Assembly: GCA_951406725.2 (NCBI GenBank)
Contig: OX597830.1
Span: 33,914,001 to 33,978,000, forward strand
Direction: 5' to 3'
From: Octopus vulgaris
Lineage: Eukaryota
Length of the DNA: 64,000 bases
A program made the position numbers and the translations under genes. The stretch's first letter is position 1; every line of letters begins with the position of its first letter. Under the pieces are notes generated by a model that was given only the letters and a program-made list of their open reading frames with translations, was not told where the DNA came from and ran no database searches. Of the stretch, positions 1 through 12,225 are shown in pieces.

Positions 1-75
<75 letters not shown>

Positions 76-80
76 CATAT
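1..80. repeat. (TA)n/(TATG)n microsatellite
   Basis: Direct reading; many similar tracts occur across the window (e.g. 7157-7510, 45490-45790, 56537-57120). Confidence 0.95.
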
Positions 81-99
81 ATTCAGTGTTTGTGTTAGG

Positions 100-480
100 C
101 AATATTATAATTAAAATTAAGATGTAATTAACCCTCTCTTACACAATATTAGAATGTCAACTTGCATGGCCAGTATTTGCGATAAGATTACAACTCCCTA
201 GTCCTGATTAGCATTATTCATTATTAATTATGGCGCGATTATCTAACGACAAACTTTGCTCCTCACCACCTCCCCTACGTTACCCACGCCCCATCCGTAC
301 CCCCCACTCCTCCCACACCTCAACCACCCACATCTGCCATACACTTCTACTCACCTGTTTCGGTGGAGAAAGCAGCAGATGCATTTCATCCATCATTAAA
401 AGAGTTACATGTTAATCAACCAGGCCGTAATCTGTTCCCTCCTTAGCGAGCTAATCTATAATTTAGATACTTGCCTTATA
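100..480. promoter_or_regulatory. Candidate conserved non-coding or enhancer island
   Basis: Unique complex sequence between microsatellites, dense in TAAT/ATTA cores with E-boxes (CACCTG, CAGATG). Motif content only; conservation untested. Confidence 0.2.
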
Positions 481-599
481 ACATGCACCATAATATAATT
501 ACATCTTTTGAAAAACTACAGCAACAACAACAACACCAACAAGAACAACATCAGCAGCAGCAGCAAGCATTACAGCATTAGTAACAATATCATCAAAGT

Positions 600-682
600 A
601 ATAACAATAATACTAATAATGCTACTACTAATAATAATAATAACAATAATAATTGCTGTTGTAGTTATTATTATTATTTTTA

Positions 683-743
<61 letters not shown>

Positions 744-803
744 CATTATTATTATTATCATCATTATTATTATTATTATTATCATTATTATTATTACTAC
801 TAC
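600..803. repeat. (AAT)n/(ATT)n trinucleotide microsatellite
   Basis: Long ATT run; it explains the poly-I and poly-N ORFs. A second tract lies at about 1045-1103. Confidence 0.95.
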
Positions 804-804
804 T

Positions 805-1035
805 GAGATCGTTCTTGTTATTTCCCCTCGTCTTGTTTTTATTGCTTGTTTTCTTCATACAACCCAGCACAACTCTGTATTTTGTTTCATGTTTCTATTT
901 TCTACCCTTTTAACAGTATTCCACCTAATACCTGTGTGCAGTGCCTTGTAGTGATATCTTCTCGGTGTTGAGTGTATATCTAAGTCCCAGGGGTTTAGTT
1001 GTGTATTTGTCTGCATCTGTATTATATTCATTTTG
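805..1035 (-). mobile_element. 3' end remnant of an R4/Dong-like (restriction-endonuclease-type) non-LTR retrotransposon
   Basis: Minus strand 1020-931 translates TDADKYTTKPLGLRYTLNTEKISLQGTAHR, resembling the QKxxLLGTAHILR C-terminal motif of R4/Dong elements. It is embedded in (TAA)n, the known Dong target repeat. Confidence 0.6.
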
Positions 1036-1066
1036 ACAGAACCATTACTATTATTATTATTATTAC

Positions 1067-1100
<34 letters not shown>

Positions 1101-1103
<3 letters not shown>

Positions 1104-1460
1104 GAGTGAGAGAGCAGTGCATGCGATCAAAGTGACACTGGGGTACAAATATACGAAGCCCAATATACCCATCATCACTACCCGTCTGATAAGGGTACAC
1201 CAAGCACATGCATCATAACCATACGTGCGCGACATGGTGATCTTATATCAAGATAAACAGCACATGACCTTGCAGGTGAGGCCCAGTTAGAATTTTCTTC
1301 TGGTCGAGTAACCCTTCCTGCTCAAAAGGTCGCTGAATTCAGGGGTTGTTTAAGGATGTTGAACGAAACACCCATGTTTCCAGGGATGAATTATTCAAAC
1401 CCCAAAGAATCCCTCTCAACACATGGATCTGATGCTCCCCCACTACTTCGGCTCGTACCA
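1101..1460. mobile_element. Unclassified interspersed repeat abutting an (AAT)n tract
   Basis: Complex block, more GC-rich than its flanks, attached to (ATT)n. It resembles a high-copy octopus repeat from memory, but only one copy is in this window. Confidence 0.35.
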
Positions 1461-1944
1461 GTGAAGTACTGGGTTGGAGTTAACTGACTCATAGTCATGA
1501 CTCTTATACTTCTCAAAGCACAGGTCTTTGACTAAGAACCTTCAACAAGTCATTTTAATGGAGTTTGTCCTTTGAGGATGTATCACTACATAAACTCCAG
1601 TGGCCACTGTTGTTGTTGATTAGTTCCAAGTCATCTACACCTGAGTGGACCCATGACATAAGGCCTCTTCATATATCTGGGCTGACTATATCATACATTG
1701 TTACCCATCCAATTTCCAATGCAGAGATGTGTAATTTGAGAGCTAGATTGCTACAATTTCTAACAAAATGGACATGGCTGGGTGGTTAAGAAGCTCAGTT
1801 TGCAATCGAATAGTTTTGGGTTCAATTGCACAGTATGGCACCTTGGGCAAGTATTTTCTACTATAGCCACAGGTCAAGCAATGTGTTCTGAGTGAATTTA
1901 GTGAATGGAAATTAAATGAAAACTTACTGTGTATGTGTATATGG

Positions 1945-1997
<53 letters not shown>

Positions 1998-2200
1998 GTT
2001 AAATAAAAAAACAAAGAACAAACACAATAAGAAAAAAACAACAACATGGGGACGTGGTACATGCAAAGTATTAGCAGACACTTAGGAATGGAATGAAAAG
2101 TAGTTTTTTATGGTTTGAGCAAAGCTCTTCATCAGAAAAAGGTGACAGAGGAAAGTCCAAAAGAATAGGAAGACAGAGGAAAAAAATGCCAACGATCCAC
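1998..2200 (-). mobile_element. Degenerate copy of the HHR-bearing short repeat seen at 18696-18905
   Basis: Shares blocks with 18696-18905 (ggaagacagaggaaaaaaa..gccaacg; gagc..agctcttc.tcagaaa). Minus strand 2139-2106 reads CTGATGA-A-GAGC-ttt-GCTC-aaac, with the GAAA mutated. Confidence 0.7.
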
Positions 2201-2260
2201 ATGTACATATATATATATATGTTTGTATGTGTATGTATATATGTATATCTATATATATAT

Positions 2261-2448
2261 CATCATCATCATCATCATCATCGTTTAACGTCCGTTTTCC
2301 ATGCTAGCATGGATTGGATGGTTTGACCGGGGTCTGGGAAGCCAAAAGGCTGTGCTAGGTTCCAGTCTGATCTGGCAGTGTTTCTACAGCTGGATGCCCT
2401 TCCTAACACCAACCACTCTGTGAGTGTAGTGGGTGCTTTTTACATGCT
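2261..2448 (-). mobile_element. RTE-related short element (family B) with (GAT)n tail
   Basis: (CAT)n-cgtttaacgtccgttttccatgctagc...gtttctacagctggatgcccttcctaac, repeated at least 10 times in the window. The ggttggcgttaggaagggcatccag motif resembles RTE-clade untranslated regions. Confidence 0.8.
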
Positions 2449-2894
2449 GAAATTTACAAGTTTTTTTCTTTCTCTGTATATTTTCTCTTATTCCTTTCAG
2501 TTGAAGAGCATAGGCTCAAAACCTAAAAGACTTTTTTATTTTCCCAAATGTCAAACTAAAACACTTGTTGTTCATACACCTGTCCTCATCTTTTACTTTT
2601 CTATAAATTTCAACTATATATACACACACACACACACACACACATATATGATATGTAAAAGTAAGATGCATGGATCAAGGTGTAGGAAGTGAGTAAGCTT
2701 CAAGCAGTGCATAGGAGTTATAAAAAACAACTTTCAAGAAGAGTAGTGATTTATTGACATAGAAGGTTTTAAAGTTTTCCCATATCGAAGTCTAATAAGC
2801 TGAAAAAAGTTATTTCATGGTTCACAGTTAGCAACTGGAGTTGCTGTATATGTGATTACCTCAATATTAGATTCACCTCAACATTTAAATTTAA

Positions 2895-2946
2895 TTTGCC
2901 AAAATATTTTCGTCACTTTGAGACTACGACCTGTTCACTGACAAAA
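2895..2946 (-). ncRNA. Minimal type I hammerhead-like motif with G3-C8 core variant
   Basis: Minus strand: TTTGTCA-GTGAACA-G-GTCGT-agtctcaaa-GTGAC-GAAA-ATAT-TT-TGGCAAA. Stems I and II and a palindromic stem III all pair; the core is GUGAACA instead of CUGANGA. Confidence 0.55.
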
Positions 2947-2949
2947 TTC

Positions 2950-3342
2950 TCTTTTACTCTTTTAACTTGTTTCAGGCATTTGATTGTGGCCATGCTGGAG
3001 CACTGCCTTCAGTCGAACAAATCGACCCCAGGACTTATTCTTTGTAAGCCTAGTACTTATTCTATCAGTTTCTTTTGCCAAACTGCTAAGTTACCAGAAT
3101 GTAAACACACCAACATTGGTTGTCAGGCAACGGTGGAAGAACAAACACAGACATACAAATATATATATATATATATATACACGATGGGCTTCTTTCAGTT
3201 TCCCTCTGCCAAATCCACTCACAAGGCTTTAGTTAGCCTGAAGCTATAGTAGAAGACACTTACCCAAGGTGCCACTCAGTGGGAATGAACCCAGAACCGT
3301 GTGGTTGGGAAACAAACTTCTTATCACACAGCCACTCCTGCA
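2950..3342 (-). mobile_element. tRNA-derived SINE, family A (full length)
   Basis: Reverse complement of the copy at 3801-4179: A/B-box head, internal (TA)n, (TAAAAGA)n-like tail. Confidence 0.9.
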
Positions 3343-3343
3343 C

Positions 3344-3382
<39 letters not shown>

Positions 3383-3386
<4 letters not shown>

Positions 3387-3583
3387 TTTTATTCTTTATG
3401 GTCATTTGACTGTGACCATGCTGGAGCACCGCCTTTAGTTGAAGAAATTGACACCAGGACTTATTGTTTGTAAGCCTAGTATTAAGTCTGTCAGTGTCCT
3501 CTTGTGAACCTCTAAGTTACAGGGCCGTAAACACACCAGCATCAATTGTTAAGGAATGGTGTTGAGGACAAACACAGACACAC
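3383..3583 (-). mobile_element. SINE family A, 3' half
   Basis: gtcatttgactgtgaccatgctggagcaccgcctttag...ggacaaacacagacac matches the family A body. Confidence 0.85.
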
Positions 3584-3800
3584 TAATTAATACATATATA
3601 CTACTGTGTGTATGTGTCTGTTACCACTTTGACCACTTGAGAATAGGAATTGGTTTGTTTACATCCCTGTAACTTAATGGTTCATCAAAAGATACCATGG
3701 GAATTACTACTGGGCTTAAAAAAAAGTAAAAGTGGTAGGATTGTTTAATTCAACTATAAATATAAAAATGGCCCTGCTTGGTCACAGCCCAGTGATGAAA

Positions 3801-4179
3801 GGAGCAGGAGTGGCTGTGTGGTAAGTAGCTTGCTTACCAACCACATGGTTCCGGGTTCAGTCCCACTGTGTGGCACCTTAGGCAAGTGTTTTCTGCTATA
3901 GCCTCAGGCCGACCAAAGCTTTGTGAGTGGATTTGGTAGATGGAAACTGAAAAAAGCCCGTCGTATATATGTATATGTGTGTGTTTGTCCCCCCAACATC
4001 ACTTCACAACCGATGCTGGTGTGTTTACGTCCCCGTAACTTAGCGGTTCTGCAAAAGAGACTGATAGAATAAGTACTAAGCTCACAATGAATAAGTCCTG
4101 GGGTCGATTTGCTTGACTAAAGGTGGTGCTCCATCATGGCCACAGTCAAATGACTGAAACAAGTGAAAGAATAAAAGAA
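3801..4179 (+). mobile_element. tRNA-derived SINE, family A (full length)
   Basis: A-box-like TGGCTGTGTGG, B-box-like GGTTCAGTCCC, internal TA/TG repeat, end cagtcaaatgactgaaacaag+taaaaga; more than 15 full or partial copies in the window. Confidence 0.9.
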
Positions 4180-4710
4180 GTAGTCTCACAAAAAAATCCC
4201 TCCTCAGTTCTTCTGTGATGGTCATTGACCTCCTCTATTCTCCTCTATTCTGAGCATTCTTAGCTACGAAAAACATCATGAAGGCACAATGCTGCTAATA
4301 ATATAATTACTGGGATGTTTGGTGTATTCATAATCATATTCAACATTGTCAAAAGAAAACCTTCATCATCATCATTAACATTATTATTCTCGTCATCATT
4401 TCTGTCATCCTCATCATCACTATTATCATTGTCAAGGCTAATGTCATCATTATAGATATTGTTATTATATTATTTGTTTTTCATTATGCAAATAAAGAGA
4501 AAAAAATTACTATGTTATTTCCACTTTTCTTAATGATATAATGGCTACAGTATATCTACTTATATAGAAACTTATGATAAAATATCTCCTATCTACCTTT
4601 TTCTGTGTGTGTGTGTATGTTTGTGTATGTATATGTGTGCGCTGTTCTATATTTGTATATGGATGTGTATATCTAGTAATTTGTGTATATATATATATAT
4701 ATATATATAT

Positions 4711-4880
4711 CATCATCGTTTAGTGTCCGCTTTCTATGCTAGCATGGGTTGGACGGTTCAACTGGGGTCTGGGAAGCCAGAAGGCTGCACCAGGCCCAGT
4801 TTGATCTGGCAATGTTTCTACGGCTGGATGCCCTTCCTAACGCCAACCACTCCATGAGTGTAGTGGGTGCTTTTTACGTG

Positions 4881-4883
<3 letters not shown>
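4711..4883 (-). mobile_element. Family B RTE-related short element
   Basis: Near-identical to 2261-2448. Confidence 0.85.
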
Positions 4884-4920
<37 letters not shown>

Positions 4921-4921
<1 letters not shown>

Positions 4922-5613
4922 GTGGAGACGCAATGGCCCTGTGGTTAGGGCAGAGGACTCACAGTTGTAGGATCACGGTTTTGATTCCCAGACCGGGATT
5001 CATCGTGAGTGTTTATTGAGCGAAAACACCTAAAACTCCAAGAGGCTCAGGCAGGGAGTGGTGGTGAACCCTGCTGTACTCTTTCACCACAACTGTCTCT
5101 CACTCTTTCTTCCTGTTTCTGTTGTACCAGTATTTCAAAGGGCTAGCCCATTCACACTCTGTGTCATGCTGAATCTCCCCAAGAACTACGTTAAGGCTAC
5201 ACATGTCTGTAACTTAGTGGTTCATCAAAAGATACCAAGGGAATTACTACTGGACTTATAAAAAGATAAAAGTGCTGGGATTGTTTAATTCAACTATAAA
5301 TCTAAAAATGGCCCTGCTTGGTCACAGTCTAGTGATGAAAGGCGCAGCAGTGGCTGTGTGATAAGTACCTTGCTCAGCCACTTGCACGTTATTAAATGAG
5401 CTGCAAAGTCGCTGGCACCAAGCTGTATCGGCCTTTGCCTTTCCCTTGGATAACATTGGTGGCATGGAGAGGGGAGACCGGTATGCATGGGCAACTGCTG
5501 GTCTTCCATAAACAACCTTGCCCAGACTTGTGCCTCGGAGGGTAACTTTACATTCCCGTAAACTAGCAGTTCAGTAAAAGATATTGATAGAATAAGTGCT
5601 AGGCTTACAAAGA
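4921..5613 (+). mobile_element. Chimeric SINE patchwork: family D head and body, an inserted copy of 3671-3834, family E body, family A tail fragment
   Basis: Head matches 44015 and 49494; 5211-5374 matches 3671-3834; 5394-5549 matches the reverse complement of about 32720-32875; 5549-5613 matches about 4025-4090. Confidence 0.8.
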
Positions 5614-5616
5614 GTT

Positions 5617-6049
5617 ATCAGAGGATTAGTTACAGCTCAGTGATTATCACTGAAGATTTGGATATGAGATATGTGTCTGCTAAGTTTGTGCCAATACTGC
5701 TTTCAGCTGACCAAAAGGACACTCAGGTTTCAGTTGCACAAGATCTCCTTGATTGTGTTGAGACTGATGAAAACTTTTTGAAAACTTTGCATAGGCCTCT
5801 GAGCAGGTATCGTCAAGCTTTTGGCAAAAATTTGATGCAGATTCTCTGCTCACCTTTCTCTGTCATTATCAATACGATGATCACACGCTACACACCTTCC
5901 TTCCAAGCATTGCTGTAAACAAGGAAAGTGAGCTAGAATGTTAAAACTTAGTGCACATGCACAGTAGTGTTTAAGGTCAATTTGTGCCAAACGATTTCAC
6001 TCACTGTACTTTAGATTTGTTACTATAACAACAATCCGGATACTTATTG

Positions 6050-6052
<3 letters not shown>
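5617..6052 (-). mobile_element. Mariner-derived non-autonomous element with an internally inverted transposase fragment
   Basis: Plus strand 5640-5790 gives ITEDLDMRYVSAKFVPILLSADQK...DENFLK (mariner WVP-linker region). Minus strand 5867-5790 gives MTEKGEQRICIKF/CQKL (mariner N-terminus). A TIR-like tgatcaataagtatccggattg lies on the minus strand at about 6032-6053. Confidence 0.8.
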
Positions 6053-6097
<45 letters not shown>

Positions 6098-6468
6098 TAC
6101 ATATGTATGCAATCATATCGAAGAGTGAGAATGAGTGCTCAATGCTACATTAGTGAACATGTATTCTTTATTTGTTGGTTAAAGAGGCTAGCATTGGTTG
6201 AGAATTCTTGGCATGAAACTAATGGTAGCAGTAATAATTTGCATGAAACAATGCGTATCTTTGTGGTCGCCCCTCCTCCACTATTGCTTGACAACTAGTG
6301 TTGGTTTGTTTACATCTCTGTAACTTAACAATTTGGTAAAAGTAACTGATAAGGTACCAGATTTAATTAGTAAAATTAATTTGTTCAAGTGGGCCCCAAG
6401 TGTGGCTACTAGCCAACAACGGAGACTAGTAAAAGTATATATAAGCATGTGTGATGTGTGTGTGTGTG

Positions 6469-6536
<68 letters not shown>

Positions 6537-7251
6537 CAATGCATGTGGATGTGTGAGTGTATGTGCTTGTGTTAATGTGTATCGATGTCATGCTTGAATA
6601 CAACTGTCTATTATGAGATTCCAGCATATATATATATAATGACATATGTACGAATAAACACACACTGCCATAGATATATATATATACTTCTATTAATATT
6701 TATATATAAATATATTATCTTTTCTATCATTTGGTAAATATGGTTTCTTTTCTGTCATAAGAAGAGGACATGAAGGTGGATGGGGGTAGGTTTGTGAAGG
6801 GGACAAAACAGCAAGGTGCGTGGAAGGGATGGGCTTTGAGTTTAATCACTTCAACATAAAATTTATGTGTACCTATACATATAGACATCAACGAATATGT
6901 GTCGTCGTATTGTAACATAAAAATAAAGACAAACATTATGCATTGTATGCATTGTTTTGTGTTATTCATATTTGTTGCCCTTGAGTCGAAATAAAGAAAA
7001 TATTATCATCATCATCATAACAACAGCAGCAATGTCATCATCATCAAGTGTCATTTCTATTCTTCTCTTTTTGAATATATCCAATATAAGAGATACTAAG
7101 TAACGGCATTATTTTAATCTACCAACAGTCTATTATTATAGAACAATGCAAGCATCTATATATACATATATATATGCATATATGGATGTATATATGTATA
7201 TGTGTATGTATATTTATATATATATATGTATACATGTATGTATATATATGC

Positions 7252-7293
<42 letters not shown>

Positions 7294-7310
7294 GTATATA
7301 TATGTATATG

Positions 7311-7341
<31 letters not shown>

Positions 7342-7412
7342 GTATACATGTATACATGTATGTATATATATGTATACATGTATGTATATGTGTATATATA
7401 TATATATACATG

Positions 7413-7466
<54 letters not shown>

Positions 7467-8056
7467 TACATGTATATGTATATATATATATATATATATA
7501 TTTATATACAAATGTGCATATATATGTCTGTGAGTTTGTCTGTGGTGTGTGTGTATTAGCCACACACATATATGTATGTGACATATATTTATACGTCCCC
7601 ATATTTAAATACACTTCGTATATGAACATAACTATACTTACGTTCACAAATATACAATTGTTTTATATAAAAGTGCATGTGTGTGTACGTGTTCATAGAT
7701 CTACATCAGCATGGACATATAATACATATATACACACACATGTGAGTGCGAAATATACATGAGTGTGCAAGTGCATGCTTGCTGCTTGTGTGTGTGCATG
7801 TGCATGTATATGCACGTGTGTGTGTGTGTGAGTTTGTGCGTGTCTGCGTATATCTATCTAGCTTCATCAACATAAATGCTTTCGTACGGAAATATGTTAT
7901 AGAACAATGTGAATTTTTGTGAATGTGTTCACATGATTTATATAGGTGTGTGTATAATAAGTATGTCTATGTATATACATACATTTCCTGAAAGGCATCT
8001 CGTAACAGCTTCCAACATTTTACCATCCTACTCTACATAATATATGTATAGATATA

Positions 8057-8093
<37 letters not shown>

Positions 8094-8107
8094 TATATGT
8101 ATACATA

Positions 8108-8139
<32 letters not shown>

Positions 8140-9140
8140 CATATATGTGTGTGTTTGTGTGTATAAGTGTAATTAAAAGAATCTATATTATTCCCATTAA
8201 TTGATTATTAACAACATCCCAGAAATAGTCTGTCCAAAACATTTCTTTCCTCAAAGACCTATATTTCCCTTGGTAGACAATGTAAACAACAGAATGTGAG
8301 AAAAATTGTTAAGTACAACAGAAAGAAATCTGTGTAGGTGTTTGTGTTTATGCATATAAAGTTTGTATGTGGATATGTGTGTACATCTGTGTATGAGTGT
8401 GTGCACATACATTTTTGGGTTTTTTTTAGCTTGTTTTATCCATCAAGTCCACTGGCATGCCAAAACCCATACATCTGTAAATGTATTATATATCTACACA
8501 CTCACTTACATTCACACACACACACACACACACACACAGAGGTAGAGATAGTGGTGTCGATATGTGTAGGTGTTTACCTATCTGTCACTCTCTATATATC
8601 TGTGTGCGTGTGTGTGTGTATGAATACGTGTATATGTTGTATAAGTCTTAGTCATCATCCGATGTATATATTTTCCTATGCTTTCATGGGGTCTTAGACT
8701 GATCCTCTCCAGTATTATTGTCCTGTTGCTATTTCTGTTCTTTTGTCATTACCTTCGTGAGGCTCAGTATTTTCTAATAAACATGATGGCTGAGAAATTA
8801 ACCTTGATGGACTTCCACACTAAACTGCTGATTAAAATCATATTTTCTTCTTACTGATAGCATCTCTTTTGATAACTTGTATGGTGCTTGCAAGTTATTC
8901 ATGCATTCCTAGTTTTCTTAGCACCAGCAAGACTACAAATTGTGATTCCTACCATAGGCCTTCTCCTGGTCATTGGACTGTAAGTTTAGTGGCTTCCTTT
9001 TAGCTAAAACATTCTCTAGTTATTGTTGTATTTAGGAATGGTCATTTTGCCAGTTTAGCCAATAAAAACACACGCACTATATATCTGGTGTTAATTTGCT
9101 TCAGCCTTATTTATTTTTTACATTAATCTTAATCTTATTT

Positions 9141-9190
9141 CGGCCAGAGTTCTTTCGTCACACTTCTGTGACCTCATCAGTGGTCCTTTA
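9141..9190 (-). ncRNA. Minimal hammerhead-like motif (Penelope-type), partly degenerate
   Basis: Minus strand: ggacca-CTGATGA-G-GTCACA-gaag-TGTGAC-GAAA-gaac-TC-tggccg. Perfect 6-bp stem II, imperfect stem I. Confidence 0.55.
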
Positions 9191-11644
9191 CTTTCTTCTT
9201 TCTTATTTGAGTGTCTCTCTCACAAGAAAGAGAGTATTAGTGGTACCTTGTCCAGGTAGAAACACAAGCAGTATCTCATTTAATCTAATTCTCTTCCAAA
9301 TCATTTGTGTTATAATTTTTTTCTGTTACTTTGATAATCTGGACCATCAGATTGATATTTCTTTCTGTAGTGTGTCCTTTGCCATCATATCAATTGATGA
9401 TAATACCACTATCCGTCATTGTGTATGACACATGTCCTTTACTACATCATTAGCTCTATGAGTGACAAGCATATATTCTACTTCACTGGATAATTTGAAT
9501 ATTTCAATGACGATTCCTGATTAATCTCCTTGCCTTTTTATTCTTGATTACACATTGAACATGTACCTGTCAACTTTTATATCTGGTCCCTTTGTTGGGC
9601 TTATTGAGACCAGTCTTTCCCTCTCCCATTAATTCTTCTCCTCTGTCCTGGCTTTCCAACTACTTGGTTCCAAGTTCAGTCTTATGGTGTAGTACGTTGA
9701 GAGGTCCAAAAAGAGAGAAAAGAATGATTTCTAGTAAAGATTCATCATATTCATAAAAAACAAGCAAGAGCAAGTAATAAGAATATGAAAATAGTAGTTG
9801 AAAAATATCGTTATAGGTATAAACAACTAATAAGGGTGAGAAAATTGGAATCTAATTTAATAGTACATCCATTTAACACCAAGTGGCTTAGTGCATAAAA
9901 AACCAGGAATACAATAAATTTTATACATAAATATAAGAGAGTAACCACTATGTGGTCGACTCTAGCACTAAAAATAGAAAAATGGAGGAGAAAAAGATGT
10001 TGAATCAAAATTAGATTTAATCTCTTACTTTCACGTTTTTATAATATGTTACAAGTACCTGGTTTTTAGCCTCTCTCCTGGTTCTCTTATATAGTTCCTT
10101 GTTCCTCACTTTATTTCAATCTTCCAAGGCCTGTCGTTTTACATTTATCAACAGTACCTCTCCACTGCTATATGATCTTCCATCATCTTAGTTTTGGACT
10201 TGCTCCATCTACACATTCAGTCTGTAACGTGCAACATGTTTTCGTAAAAGACTTTTAATTATTCTCTATGTTTTAAGTCTCTAGCTCTTCTTTCTTCTTC
10301 CTTCTCGTTATATTTCAAACTTGTATTTCTTTTTAACATCTAGCTTATGATTTTACATTTGGCATACTTCTTAGATTGTGTTGTATTTCAGAATACATCT
10401 CTCTCTTATCTTGTGGCCACTAATCACTTGTCTTGTTTTAAGTGATAGATTCTTCACTGGAAAAGGACTTAATATTCAAAACATATATTTATATCTTTTC
10501 CTGCTAGGTACAAATCCTATGTGACTTGTATGTTCACCTGAGAGGTAGAAGATCAAGTGGTTGGCCATTCTCTTGTAGTTAGTCATTGAAAAAAGGCTAT
10601 TATATTCCCTCACAGACTTCAAAATCATTGACCTTTCTTATTTCCATGTACCATGATACCCATGTATATCAGTGTAACTAGCATGGTGCGTGCCCAATAT
10701 TTCCCTTAAAGTTACCTGCCATCTTAAAGTTGCAGTCTTTCATCATCAAAGTAATCTGCTAGAGCAATGCATAGAACTGACTCTTTTGCTCATCTACCAG
10801 TCTTTATTGTGATGCATATACAGAAGTTACTGTATTTGCCATGTTACCCCCTGACCTGTCTGAGTTTAATTATTCTATCATATAATCTGATTACCTATAT
10901 TATTTTATCAAGCCGTTTTGCCAACTCCATTTACCTGAGAGCTTTTAACAAGTGAAAAATATTTTTCATCTACGTTTTTCCTGTAAGGAATCCAGTTGAA
11001 GCTCTCTTTCATATTAACTCTTGTTTATGATACTTGCATCCCTTTTCACACCTCTAGAATTTCTCCAGACATTAATGCTGACAGTCTTATAGTTTTATGC
11101 CTGACAGGAAGGGCTAAGATTCCAATAATGAGGTGGAATCCCCCCCCTCTCTCCCTCTCTCAAATCATAATATTATGATAGCTTGTCTGTCAAATTTGAC
11201 GAAAACTTAGCAATGACAGAATAAAAAAGATCTCATTCATGGGTTCTGTTGTACCTGATAAGGCATATTCTAGCCAAGACGTATTTGCCACTGATCATAC
11301 ACTAATGTCCATTTACCCTAGGCTTGACAGAGGAGGATTTTCAAGCCTCTGCTATACAGATTTTTGAAGAAACAAACCACTCCGGAACCTCTGGTGATAT
11401 CTTCCATACAGTTATTAAGATACATCTTTGAATCTTTTACAAGGTACAATGAACCCTCTGTTTGCAGGCTAAGAATAAAGGGTTGCATTTGGTACTCTAG
11501 GGGCAAACATTCTGAGAACATGTTCAGCTCAGATCAACTTGGTGGACTTGAGCTCAGAAAAGTGGATAAAGTAGATACATTGGCACATCACCTGAGAACC
11601 GTTTTATTAGAAATCCTATTTTGGCACAAGGCCAGCAATTTTGC

Positions 11645-11822
11645 AGAATGGGACAGTTGATTACATCAACCCCAGCAATCAACTAGGACTTATTTTATTG
11701 ACCCCTCGAAAGGATGAAAAGCAAAGTCAGCCCAGACAATATTTGAACACAGAATGTACAGACAGATGAAATATCACAAAGCATTTTATCTGGATGCTAA
11801 TGGTTCTACCAGCTTGCCACCT
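11645..11822 (-). mobile_element. SINE family C, diverged
   Basis: gaaaggatgaaaagcaaagtcagc...atttgaacacagaa matches the 26592-27820 cluster. Confidence 0.75.
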
Positions 11823-12225
11823 TAGGAATTAAAAAAATTAAACTTATAATCTACTTGAAACAAAGAATATGGAATGCAGGACCAAGGCTCAACTTAGCAT
11901 TACCATTTAACTGCTTTCTACCATTCTTTATTGTTTCTTTTGTCTTTCTCTGATTGTTCTTCTACTATTCTCTATTGTTCCTTTCTCCATTCTCTGCTAC
12001 ATCTTTTGCCATTCTCCACGACTTCATTTGCCATTTTCCACTGCATCTATCATTTCCTCTTCAATGATTTTTCAGCCATTCTTCATTGTTTCTACCATTC
12101 TCTACTAGTTCTTCTCCTATTCTCTTCGGTTCCTTTTTGCCATTCTCAATTACTTCTGCCATTCTTTACTGCCTCTACCATTCTACCACCTTTTCCTAAA
12201 TACCAATAAATAAATAAAGATAATC

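Noticed and set aside
3801-3875. tRNA gene candidates at SINE heads (also 4921, 15273, 44015, 49408, 49494)
   Set aside because: A/B boxes are present but there is no complete cloverleaf or acceptor stem, and they continue into SINE bodies.
7119-7647. Long YI/YM/CV-repeat ORFs (also 45338-45853, 56387-57038 and many others)
   Set aside because: Translations of (TA)n/(TG)n microsatellites, open in several frames and on both strands.
8690-11320. Long complex, microsatellite-free stretch, possibly a decayed LINE on the minus strand
   Set aside because: I could not recover a convincing RT or endonuclease motif by eye; left unannotated apart from the HHR at 9141-9190.
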